A stretch of DNA of 64,000 nt, taken from contig OX597837.1 in assembly GCA_951406725.2 (NCBI GenBank), positions 23,870,001 through 23,934,000 of the forward strand. Direction: 5' to 3'. This document shows positions 38,101 through 49,566 of the stretch, one piece after another. The notes beneath the pieces are model-generated. The model had not been told where the DNA came from. It was given only the letters and a program-made list of their open reading frames with translations, and did no database searches. The stretch comes from Octopus vulgaris. Lineage: Eukaryota. The first letter of the stretch is position 1. Every line of letters starts with the position of its first letter. The translations under genes and the position numbers were made by a program.

Positions 38101-38647
38101 ATGACTAGAGACCGAGACCTATGGAAGTATGCTGTGTGTGAGAAGACCCGGCAAGACCAGTGAGAACAGTCAAAATCAAACCAAATCAACATCAGTGGAA
38201 ATTGCAGCTGTGGTTAAGCGAACCATCCGATCGTTTGTCCGTTGCCAGCCTCGCCTGGACCCCATGCCGTTGGCACGTAAAAGCACCATCCACTCGTGTC
38301 TGTTGCCAGCTTCGCCTGGCCCCCGTGCCGGTAGCACGTAAAAGCACCATCCGTTCGTGTCCGTTGCCAGCCTCGCCTGGCCCCCGTGCCGGTGGCACGT
38401 AAAACACCATCCGTTCGTGGCTGTTTGCCAGCTCTGTCTGGCACCTGTGCAGGTGGCACGTAAAAAGCACCCACTACACTTACAGAGTGGTTGGCATTAG
38501 GAAGGCCATCCAGCCGTAGAAACACTGCCAAATCTGACTGGGCCTGATGAAGCCTTCCGGTTTCACAGACCCCCAGTTAAACCGTCCAACCCATGCTAGC
38601 ATGGAAAACGGACGCTAAATGATGATGATGATGATGATGATGATGAT
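38101..38647 (+). mobile_element. RTE LINE 3' end: last codons, 3' UTR with four ~61-bp repeats, (GAT)n tail
   Basis: MTRDRDLWKYAVCEKTRQDQ* then the UTR. This links family C to the RTE ORF also seen at 42390-42546 and 45660-45810. Confidence 0.85.
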
Positions 38648-38740
38648 ATATAAAATTAGAAAAGAAAACACCTTTTATCAATTCAAAATGAGCAATTAAA
38701 TTACACCATCTAGAAAATTACATCTGGGGAAGGGGTCCAG

Positions 38741-39395
38741 TACCATAAATCTTCGAGTATAGTCTGCCTTTGGGTATAATATGCAGGGGATTTTTAGGGG
38801 GCTATACCTCTGAAAAACCTTGTGAATAATACGCACTCCTTCACTAACTTGAGTCGTGCGTAATTAAACCAGCAGCACCTAGTCGAACAAACACTTCCAT
38901 GCATGCATAATACAATAATGGTGGTGTTCTTAACTGTTATATGGGAATGTAAATATGTTTTCAAATTGTTTTTGTTACATGTTATTCTGTGTTCTGAATA
39001 CTTTTATTTTAATAAATGTTGCTTACTGCAAGTTATGGATGATTCTTTTATGACTTCATTGCTTTCAGGCTTAGCTTAAGGTATTTTCACACCCGATATC
39101 ACAAAATGTTCTGAATAAACATTGCCGGACAGCAAATAGAGACTCGGACATTGCTTAGGAAATATTTTTCAAAATGCATCTGAATAAATATTGTCAGACA
39201 GCAAATAGAGACTCGGTCATTGCTTAGAAAATATTTTTCATTTTTAACCTCATATATAATACGCACTAGAGGTTTTGATCTTTAAATTTGGGAAAAAAAT
39301 GTGGATTATACTCGAGGTTTTACGGTAATACTGCCTCTGTCACTAATATATATTTTGGGGGAAAAAATGTGGATTATACACGAGGATTTATCGTA
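38741..39395. mobile_element. Pogo-like MITE, second copy (inverted relative to 24217-24733), with an extra outer TIR
   Basis: taccataaatcttcgagtatagtc ... ggattatactcgaggttttacggta (39327); second TIR ends at 39395; internal ~60-bp duplication at 39111-39240. Confidence 0.75.
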
Positions 39396-39784
39396 CTTGA
39401 TTGAGGCCTATTTTATTGACCCCTGAAAGAATGAAAGGCAAGACAAATTTCACTCCAGTAGGATTTGAACCTCAGACCATAACAACATTATTACCTGGTC
39501 TAGCAGCAGCAGCTACTCGTTTACAGCTAGTGTCTGAGAAGTGCCTAAAACAATTTATTTTAATTCACAACGTGATATACATGATTTGCTGTTATTCTAG
39601 TTTCTCTTGGCCTGTGGCCAGGCCATGCTGGGGCACAACTGTCAAAGTTTTAGTCAATCATATTGAATGTAATGCATAGTCTGGTACTTAATTTATTGAT
39701 CTCTGTTTACTGAATGTCTAAGTTCACCTTCAGCATAGAGCAACATAACTCAGCACGGTAATTTTGTTTGACTCATAGATTTAC

Positions 39785-39878
39785 ACAAACTCATTCACAC
39801 ACTTACATACACACACACACACACACACTCACTCACTCACTCTCTCTCCCTCTGTCTCTATCAATCTCTCTTACACAA

Positions 39879-39909
<31 letters not shown>

Positions 39910-39992
39910 AGTCTGTCTATCTATTTATCTATCTATCTCACACATGCACTCTCTCTCTCACTCTCTCTCTGTCAATCTCTCTTACACAACTC

Positions 39993-40065
<73 letters not shown>

Positions 40066-40196
40066 TTATCTATCTATCTATCTCACACACGTGCACTCTC
40101 TCTCTCACTCTTTCTTGCTCTCTCTCTCTCTGTCTCTTCCTCTCACACAGACATACATACAAACACACACACTCTCTCTTTTTCTCTATCTATTTA

Positions 40197-40258
<62 letters not shown>

Positions 40259-40280
40259 ACACATACACACACTCGCACAC
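39785..40280. repeat. (TC/AC/TATC)n compound microsatellite
   Basis: Directly visible. Confidence 0.9.
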
Positions 40281-40869
40281 GTGTCAGCAACAGAATTATT
40301 TTTTCATGTTTGGGGATCCATATACAGTTTTGTTGTCAAAGTTTATGTGCAAAAACTTGATTATATACTTTTACAATGCACAAAATATTTAAACTGGTCA
40401 TATCCAGTTTAAATATTCTACATGTTTTAAATTCAAACTGGCCAGATCCAGCCTTTCACACTTTCCCTACAATGTTATATATATATATATATATATATAT
40501 AATGACAAGCTTCTTTCAGTTTCCATCTACCAAATCCACACACAAGGCTTTGGTCAGCCCAAGGCTATAGTAAAAGACACTTGTCCAAGGTGCCATGCAG
40601 TGGGACTGAACCTGGAACCATGTGGTTGGTAAACAAGCTACTAACCACACAGCCACTTTTAGTTTCTGTCTCCCAAATCCACTCACAAAGCTGTGGTTGG
40701 CTCAGGGCTATAACAGAAGACATTTGCCCAAGGTGCCACACAGTGGGACTGAACCTGAAATCATGTGGTTGGGAAATAAACAGAGCCACATCTACTCGTA
40801 ACCACTTTACAAAATGCTCTTTGTGCATCTTATGCATTTTATGCATTTTATGCATTTTATGCATTTTAG

Positions 40870-41208
40870 TCCACGATGCCAGCGCCGCCTCGACTGGCTT
40901 CCGTGTCGGTGGCACATAAAAAGCACCATCCGAATCGTGGCCGAAGCCAGTGCCGCCTCGACTGGCTTCCGTGCAGGTGGCACGTAAAATGCACCAATCT
41001 GACCGTGGCTGATGCCAGCCTCGCCTGGCACCAGTGCAGTTGGCACGTAAAAAGCACCCACTACACTCACAGAGTGGTTGGCGTTAGGAAGGGCATCCAG
41101 CTGTAGAAACATTGCCAGATAAGACCGGAGCCTGGTGCAGCCTTCTGGCTTCCCAGATCCCCGGTCGAACCGTCCAATCCATGCTAGCATGGAGAACGGA
41201 CATTAAAC

Positions 41209-41247
<39 letters not shown>
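40870..41247 (+). mobile_element. RTE 3' UTR (family C) with three internal repeats and a long (GAT)n tail
   Basis: Homologous to 38220-38647. Confidence 0.8.
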
Positions 41248-41248
<1 letters not shown>

Positions 41249-41569
41249 ACTCTAGGATGTCTTCAATCACTCAGGATATCATGTCTAAAAAAGGGGAATG
41301 GAAGAGAAAGTGAAGTCATGTCATACTTGAGAAGTGGTACAAGGAACTTAAGCCAATTCAAGTTGATGAGTCAGAGGTAGATATCTTATCAGTTCTAGGA
41401 AATACTCTTAATGTTTCCTGTAAACTACATGAGTTAGTATTTCATTATTAGCAAAAAGCAAATAGTCACTAGAAAACCATTTGTCTCATTTCTACTGACT
41501 TAATTTTTGGCTTGGTTTCTGCAGCTGGATTCCCTTCCTAGCAACAACTATTTGATATATACATATATA

Positions 41570-41770
41570 TAACAGGAAGGTTTACGAAAATAAACAAAAG
41601 ACGAAGGCAGGTGGAGTACAAACAAACAATTGTATTAGTATGGCACTCAGGAATAGAAATAAAACAAGTCTTTTACGTTTTGAGCCTATACTTTTCGACA
41701 GAAAGATACACAGAAAAGAAACAAGGAGAGAAAAAAAATGCATGTAGGAGCTAATGATCCAACATGCCGT
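41570..41770 (-). mobile_element. Penelope-like terminal-repeat remnant between (TA)n tracts, degenerate hammerhead (41669-41706)
   Basis: - strand UCUUU CUGUCGA A AAGU auag GCUC AAAAC GUA AAAGA; stem I UCUUU/AAAGA is intact. Confidence 0.5.
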
Positions 41771-42032
41771 TCCATATATATATATATATATATATCCCTC
41801 TCTCTCTTTCGGAGAGGTACTGAGCAGCTATACGCACACATACACACACGGCAGTAACTTCCACCTACCAAATTCAATCACAAAGCACCGGTCGGCTCGG
41901 GGCTATAGCGGAAGACACCAACCCAAAGTGCCACGCAGTGGGACTGAACTCGAAACCATATAGCTAGGAAGCAAGCTCCCTAACCACACAGCCATGCCCG
42001 CGCCCTATATATATATATATATATATATATAT

Positions 42033-42546
42033 CATCATCATCATCATCGTTTAACGTCCGCTTTCCGCGCTAGCACGGGTTGGACGGTTCGACCGGGTCT
42101 GGGAAGCCAGGGGCCGCTCCAGGCTCCAGTCTGAATCTGGCAGAGTTTCTACGGCTGGATGCCCTTCCTAACGCCAACCACTCCGTGAGTGGATTGGGTG
42201 CTTTTTACGTGCCACCTGCACAGGGGCCGGAGGGTCCGGCATCGGTCACGATCGGTTCGAGCATTTTAACGTGTCAGCGGCACGGGGGCAACGAGGTCCG
42301 GGGTACTTTGGGGATCGGGGTACTTTGGGGATCCAGGATACTTTGGGGATCCGGGGTACTTAGAATGGGTAGTGGGTATGTGGAATTGCTGCAAAAAGCA
42401 GCCCGGGTCTTTGTAGTCACAGCATATCTCCAGAGATCTCGGTCCTTCGCCATTGCCTCAGTGAGGCCCAATGCTCTGAGGTCATGCTTGACCACCTCAT
42501 CCCATGTCTTCCTGGGTCTACCTCTCCCCCTGATACCTTCAACTGT
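42033..42546 (-). mobile_element. Young RTE LINE 3' end (ORF tail, UTR, (GAT)n)
   Basis: TVEGIRGRGRPRKTWDEVVKHDLRALGLTEAMAKDRDLWRYAVTTKTR; the UTR contains an 18-bp tandem repeat. Confidence 0.85.
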
Positions 42547-42756
42547 TTATATATATATATATATATATATGTTCTTTTATTCTTTTACTTGTTTCAGTCT
42601 GCAGTCATGATGAGGCACCACCTTGGAGAATTTTTAGCCAAATAAATCGATCCCCAGGACTTTTTTTTTGTTGTTGTTCTAAGCCTGGTATTTATTCTAT
42701 CAGACTCTTTTTGCTGAACTGCTAATTTACAGGGATGTAAGCACACCAGCACACAC

Positions 42757-42809
<53 letters not shown>

Positions 42810-42865
42810 TATGCATATATATACATACATACATATATACATACATACATACATACGTACGTACG

Positions 42866-42899
<34 letters not shown>

Positions 42900-43275
42900 G
42901 AGAGGGAGAGAGTCATGTACACAATTATTGGCACTCTTTATCAAAAGTGGGGGTTTTTTTATTGAATTTCTCACTAAAATTAATGTCTCCTTAAATCATT
43001 TTTGGTCAATGTAGGCACAATTACTTAAGAAGCTCGAAACAAAAGTAAAATTTCCAAAACAATTTATTTCTAACAAACAAAACAGAAAAACAAAATAATT
43101 GAATGGTCCGAAATTATTGGCACCCCTACAACATTCGATGATTGTTAATCAATAGTGTATCCATTATGCTTAATAACTTCCTTTAATCCATGAGAATAGT
43201 TTTCAATTAGCTTCAGGCACAGATTAGAAGGAATTTTAGCCCATTTTTCTATTGCATATTCTTCAAGCTATTGTG

Positions 43276-43610
43276 AAGGCGCGTGGCTCAGTGGTTAGAG
43301 CGTCGAGCTTACGATCGTGAGGTTGTGAGCTCGAATCCCGGACCGGGCTGCGTGTTGTGTTCTTGAGCAAGACACTTTATTTCACGTTGCTCCTGTTCAC
43401 TCAGCTGTAGAAATGAGTTGCAACGTCACAGGTGCCAAGCTGTATCGGCCCTTGCCTTTCCCTTGGACAACATCGGTGACATGGACGGGGGAGGCCGGTA
43501 TGCATGGGCGACTGCTGGTCTTCCATAAAACAACCTTGCCCAGACTTGTGCCTCAGAGGGTAACTCTCTAGGTGCAAACCCATGGTCAGTGTCTGACCGA
43601 AGGGGGTCAC
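43276..43610 (+). mobile_element. tRNA-derived SINE family D, young
   Basis: A box tggctcagtgg, B-box-like gctcgaatccc, core gtgttcttgagcaagacactttat (Meta-domain-like, from memory). Confidence 0.85.
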
Positions 43611-43826
43611 AACAATTCTTCGAGCTGCTTCAAAATAGATGGCCTTTTTGCTTTCACTCTTTTCTTTAGATCCACCATAAGTTTTTTATTGGGTTTAAGT
43701 GAGAACTTTGATTATGTCTATATTATTTTATTTCAACAAATTTTGGATTAAAAGTGAGGTATGCTTGGGACCATTCTCCTGCATGAAGGTCCAATGGTGT
43801 CCTAATCCCAGCTGCTTTGTCCATTA

Positions 43827-44261
43827 CTCTTTTACTCTACTGTTTTTACTCTTTTACTTGTTTCAGTCATTTGACTGCAGCCATGCTGGAGCACCGCCTT
43901 TAGTCGAGCAAATCAACCCCGGGACTTATTCTTTGTAAGCCCAGTACTTATTCTATCGGTCTCTTCATTTGCCGAACCGCTAAGTGACAGGGACGTAAAC
44001 ACACCAGCATCGGCTGTCAAGCAATGCTAGGGGGACAAACACAGACACACAAACATATACACACACATACATATACATATATATATATACATATATACGA
44101 CAGGCTTCTTTCAGTTTCCGTCTACCAAATCCACTCACAAGGCTTTGGTCGGCCTGAGGCTATAGCAGAAGACACTTGCCCAAGATGCCACGCAGTGGGA
44201 CTGAACCCGGAACCATGTGGCTGGTAAGCAAGCTACTTACCACACAGCCACTCCTGCGCCT
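43827..44261 (-). mobile_element. SINE family A inserted in the Tc1 transposase
   Basis: Full-length match to the family consensus. Confidence 0.9.
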
Positions 44262-45203
44262 TCAGGTTTTCATTCAAAACATCAAGATAATTCTCTTTTT
44301 TCATCATTCCTTCATTTCATATTAAATTTTCCACTGCCTTTAGCAGAAAAACAGCTCCACAACATTATACTGCCTCCACCATATTTGTTGGTATTGATAG
44401 TATTCTTCGGATTGTAAGCGTCTCCTCTTTTCCTCCAAACAGTAGTCCTATCATTGTGACTGAATAACTTGAGTTTGGTTTTGTCAAATGACAGAACAGA
44501 ATGCCAAAAATGCTCAAGCCTCTTCAGAAAATTAAGTACTGCTGCTTCAACTATGGTATCTTCCAGAGACAGCACACCTCCAATCCACCTATATTGAGCG
44601 TTCAAGTAACCGTTGACCTTGAAGTATGAACTCCAAAAACTGTCAAATTGGGCTTCAGCACTGCAGTTGTTATCTTAGGATCATTGTTAACCATTTTAAC
44701 TAACATTTGCTCGTCTTGTTCTGAAAATAGTTTCTTTCTGATATATCTACTCTTGTTCTCCTACGAGCCAGTATGTTTTATGTTTCATGATTATGTTGCG
44801 AACAGTTTATCTATCCAAATTGAAATTCTTAGATATTGCCTTGTACCCATCTCCAGCAACCAAGCATCAACAATTTTCTCCTTTGAGTCAGAACTGTAAG
44901 TCTGCACATTCACAATAATGCCACAGTTAGAATAGTTTGTTAACCAAAAGAAGGTTACAAAATGATTATGCAAATGATGTTACATAGCCTTGCCAAAACT
45001 TATTCTAGAGGCTTCTGTATTTAAGAAATGTCTCAGGATGACATAACCTCTATCATTTAACACAAATTCTTATATTCTAGTCCAAATCAGTCCTAGGCTA
45101 TAGTAGAAGACTTGCCCAAGGTGCCATGTAAAAGAACTGAACTGAACTGAACTGAACTCGGAACCATGAGGTTGAGAAGCAAACTTCTTACCACACAGCC
45201 ACA

Positions 45204-45256
<53 letters not shown>

Positions 45257-45528
45257 CATACTCGGAGTGGTTGGCATTAGGAAGGGCATCCAGCTGTAGA
45301 AACTCTGCCAGATCAGATTGGAGTCTGGTGCAGCCATCTGGTTCACCAGCCCTCAGTCAAATCGTCCAACCCATGCTAACATGGAAAGCAGACATTAAAC
45401 GATGATGATGATGATGATATATATATATATATATATATAAGTGAACAAAATAAAAGAAAGTTGCCCTCAGTACATTTGTTATGAGTTACATATAATCTTT
45501 TTAATAACAGTTTGTCTCGGCTTCATAT

Positions 45529-45576
45529 GACTTTACGTTTCATGTATATGTAGGACTTGTCCATTTCATCAGATAC
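45529..45576 (-). ncRNA. Degenerate hammerhead-like motif
   Basis: - strand CUGAUGA A AUG (17 nt) CAU GAAAC GUA; stem I is poor; ATTAAA downstream. Confidence 0.35.
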
Positions 45577-45639
45577 AAGGAAAACCCATCATCTAATGAG
45601 ACGGGCCTGTCCAATGTGCATACAAAATTTCTGTCATGT

Positions 45640-46250
45640 GAAGCTGTTATTAAACACATAGAGGGAACCTGTGGAAGGGTTAGACCCAAAAAGATGTGGG
45701 ACGAGGTAGTGAGAAATGATCTTCAGAGGTTGAGCCTCACAGAGGAGATGACAAGGGATCAAGACTTCTGGCGATTTTCTGTGCTTGAGGAGGCATGTAA
45801 AGCTGATTAAAATCATGGTCATACACGCATAGAGGCAATTCCTTTAAGGCCATAAACGTCCCCGCCACTTCCTTGTCCTACTGGGGTAGCCAAGTATCTG
45901 GGGTGCTGGTGCCTCATAAAAAGGACCCATGCTGGGGCTACATTATATAACACCCATGCTGACACCACGTGAAAAGGCACCTGTGCTGGAGCCACATAGA
46001 GAAGCAACTGTGCCAGCATCACATGAAAAAGGGCCCATGCCAGCACCCCATAAAAAAGTACCTGTGCCAGCGTTACATAGGAAAGCACCCAGTACACTCT
46101 GCAACGTGGTTGGTGTTAGGAAAGGCACCTAACTGTAGAACTTGCCAAAACAGATGACTGGAGCCTAGTGCAGTCCACTGGCTTGCCAGCTCCTGTCAAG
46201 CCTGTCCAACTCATGCCAGCATGGAAAACAGAAGTTAAATGGTGATGAAG
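45640..46250 (+). mobile_element. Older RTE LINE 3' end with ~30-bp UTR repeats
   Basis: EGTCGRVRPKKMWDEVVRNDLQRLSLTEEMTRDQDFWRFSVLEE, then the family C tail. Confidence 0.8.
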
Positions 46251-46967
46251 AAGAGGACACACATACACACGCATCAAGTCTTTTATTATCAGACTGATGC
46301 TTTTGTCAACCCAAAGTTATTAGGTAGATGGCATTTGCCCAAGGTACTGCGCAGTAAGATAGTATTCAGAACTAGATAGTTACATAGCATATTTCTTCAC
46401 CACATTGCTATACCTACACCGATATATAAATATATTTGGATAGATTTTCTACCGACTTTAGATTTAGCCAAATAATTATTGATTTTATAATTAACTTGAA
46501 AAATTCTATCCTGGAATTTTACTCACAGAACAGAAAATAATAAACTATTTTAGACAGGAATATATACATATATGTATATATATATATTTAAATATTGGAC
46601 ATATTTGAATAGGAAATAAATTTTTGCAGTTGTTGTTGTTGTTGTACATGTTACACATAATCAAGCAAACCAATGATCAAAGCGGTCCAACCATGACCCT
46701 TACACTTTATTCACAGACACAATGTTCCATGACTACATTGTGCTTTTCTTTTAAGATAGTAGTGGTGGTGGTGGTGGTGAACTTTGAGGGAAATTTAATT
46801 GCTATTTCTAGCATGTTCAATAACCACATAGAGGTTCTTCCATAACCAAGTGAAGCACAGTGGCTCACACTGTCAGGGTGCTGGTTTACTAATGACATGA
46901 TCTGTGAGTTCAAACTCTAACAATTGTAGCCAATGTTATTACATTCTTGGGTAAAATATGATTCATA

Positions 46968-47371
46968 GACATAGAAGTGGCTGTGTGGTAAGTAGCTTGC
47001 TTACCAACCACATGGTTCTGGGTTCAGTCCCACTGTGTGGCACCTTGGGCAAGTGTCTTCTACCATAGCCTCAGGTTGACCAAAGCCTTGTGAGTGGATT
47101 TGGAAGACGGAAACTGAAAGAAGCCCGTCGTATATATGTATGTGTATGTGTGTGTATGTTTGTGTATCTGTGTTTGTCCCCCCCCCTACCTTGCATGACA
47201 ACCGATGGTGGTGTGTTTACATCCCCGTAACTTAGCGGTTCAGCAAAAGAGACCGATAGAATAAGTACTAGGCTTACAAAGAATAAGTCCCAGAGTTGAT
47301 TTGCTTGACTAAAGGTGGTGCTCCAGCATGGCCACAGTCAAATGACTGAAACAAGTAAAAGAGTAAAGAGT
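46968..47371 (+). mobile_element. SINE family A
   Basis: Full-length match to the family consensus. Confidence 0.9.
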
Positions 47372-47761
47372 AATAGATAGTATAATTCTTGCCTCAGTTT
47401 GCCTGATTCACAATAGGTTCCACTCTTTCTTTTTACAGATAGCATGCTTATCTGTAGGAGGCAGAATCCAGTTGTAACAAGTTCGTTTTATTTTTTTCAA
47501 TAGAATATTAAATTTCACATTCATGCCAGCCATTATTGCTTGGCTAAGTCCACCTTTGACCTAAAAAAAGAAAATCATAATTCAATATAACTTTTGCTTG
47601 ACGCCTTGGTTTACACATGCACACACACGCACACACACACATACATCATCATCATCATCACCACCACCACCACCACCACTACTGGCATCATCATCATCAT
47701 CATTATCTTTATCTGTTATCTTCCCTCAAAAACTACTGGCCCTGTGCCAAAATTTGTAAAC

Positions 47762-47971
<210 letters not shown>

Positions 47972-48305
47972 AAAAGAATTTTCTTGATATCTGCTGTATT
48001 TACACATTATTCACCAGGTACCACCCACATACCCAAGGTACATAACCGGATATGATGTTCTTGACGCTTTAGCAATCAGATTTCTCTAACAAATTCAATG
48101 CTTATATATTCACATTGTTTTGAATTAATCATACATTATCTTGCAGCTTCGAGATTTTAATGATGTGATTGTTCATATTCAGAATGGCATTGTATGGTAG
48201 GTGTGAGATGCCAGATCTGGGCAGATTGAACATAAAACATACAGAACACTCAGGCCAGATGTGGCTGGTTTAAATGCTGATTACATGATGTTAAGTATTA
48301 GGAAT

Positions 48306-48840
48306 ACTCTTTTACTTGTCTCAGTCATTTGACTGTGGCCATGCTGGAGCACCGCCTTTAGTCGAGCAAATCGACCTCAGGACTTATTCTTTGTAAGCCT
48401 AGTACTTATTCTATCGGTCTCTTTTGCCGAACCGCTAAGTTACGGCGACATAAACACACCAGCATTGGTTGTCAAGCGATGTTGTGGGGGACAATCCATT
48501 GACTGTCTGACCAATGGTGAAGCCAAATGGCTTAGTGCTTAGGGTACTCGACTCACAATCACATGGTCATCAGTTCAATACTCAGCAGCACATTGTGTCC
48601 TTGAGCAAGACTCTTCTTTTCACATTGCTCCAGTCCACTCAGCTTGCAAAAGTGAGTAGGGGATGTATTTCAAAAGGCCCAGTCACATTCTGCATCTACC
48701 TGAATCTCCCAAACAACCTCATTAATGGTATGCATGTCTGTGGAGTGCTCTGCTATTCGCACATTGATTCCATTGCAGCAGGTCGTTCCATTCATTAGAT
48801 CAACTGGAACACTCAATGTTGTAACCAATGGGGTGCTATT
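48306..48840. mobile_element. SINE family A 3' half (-, 48306-48494) and a diverged family E-like SINE (+, 48513-48840)
   Basis: Matches to the respective consensus sequences. Confidence 0.7.
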
Positions 48841-48863
48841 TTTTCCAGCAGTTTATGTATCTG

Positions 48864-49397
48864 GTCCATATTTAAGAGATGAGGAATTATGTATATTATT
48901 GACATTATTTACATTCGACAGATATTTGTCCTCATCTTGTTTGTTAACACAACGTTTCGGCTGATATACCCTGCAGCATTCATCAGGTGTCTTGGGGAAA
49001 TTTCGAATCTGGGTTCTCATTCCTAAGGTATTTTTTGATGTTATTATTATTATTATCATCAGGTCAATGCTTGGAATCGAACTCAGAATCTTGCGGTTAG
49101 TAGCCCACGCTCTTAACCACTACGCCATATGCCTGTAGGCTACTATGCCATATGCCTGTGGGCATATGGCGTAGTGGTTAAGAGCGTGAGCTACTAACCC
49201 CAAGATTCTGAGTTTGATTCCAAGCATTGACCTGATAAAAATAATAATAATAATAATAATAATATCAAAAAATACCTTAGGAATGAGAACCCAGATTCAA
49301 AATTTCCCCAAAACACCTGATGAAGGCTGTATGGTATATCAGCTGAAACATGTTGACAACAAACAAGATGAGGACAAATATCCGTCGAATGTAAATA
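48864..49397. mobile_element. Head-to-head inverted dimer of a tRNA-headed, hammerhead-tailed SINE-like element
   Basis: Arms ~48864-49133 (-) and ~49161-49397 (+); A box TGGCGTAGTGG, B box GTTCGATTCC; hammerhead cores at 48946-48991 (-) and ~49312-49355 (+); 14-bp TSD AGTTTATGTATCTG at 48850-48863 and 49398-49411. Confidence 0.85.
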
Positions 49398-49473
49398 AGT
49401 TTATGTATCTGTCTAAATATTTATGCTTTCTCTCTCTTTCACTCTCTCACTCAATCCCTTTCTGTATTCCCAG

Positions 49474-49566
49474 GTGTCTATGGCAGCAGCAGTGTCTGAT
49501 ATCGGTACGGAATCCCGATCCAAGTGGATGGCAGATCCTGTTACCAGTATGGAAGAATTGGAAAAG
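49474..49566 (+). CDS. CPOX: Third coding exon (93 nt) of probable CPOX: VSMAAAVSDIGTESRSKWMADPVTSMEELEK
   Basis: Acceptor ccctttctgtattcccag, donor AAG|gtaaga, phase 0-0. WMADPVTSMEEL resembles the conserved animal CPOX segment (human FMAPPVTDLGEL, from memory) just before the catalytic domain. Confidence 0.7.

Larger units (their letters stand above)
42912..45060 (-). mobile_element. Near-complete decayed Tc1-like transposon, interrupted by two SINEs
   Basis: N-terminal GDGYKAISKNFNLDR*TVRNII; core FWHSVLSFDKTKLKLFSHND..VWRKRGDAYNPKNTINTNKYGGGSIMLWSCFS; WTFMQENGPKHTS; C-terminal LEEYAIEKWAKIPSNLCLKLIENYSHGLKEVIKHNGYTID*; direct repeats aattattggcac at 42922 and 43112 (IR/DR-type end). Confidence 0.85.

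Noticed and set aside
38220-38475. Repeat-spacer-like pattern here and at 27207-27690 suggesting a CRISPR array
   Set aside because: Units are wholly homologous tandem repeats with no unique spacers; eukaryotic context and no cas genes.
49161-49235. tRNA-like sequences here and at 43276, 59302 and 26060-26132
   Set aside because: A and B boxes are present, but I could not fold a proper acceptor stem and they run into SINE bodies; not functional tRNA genes.
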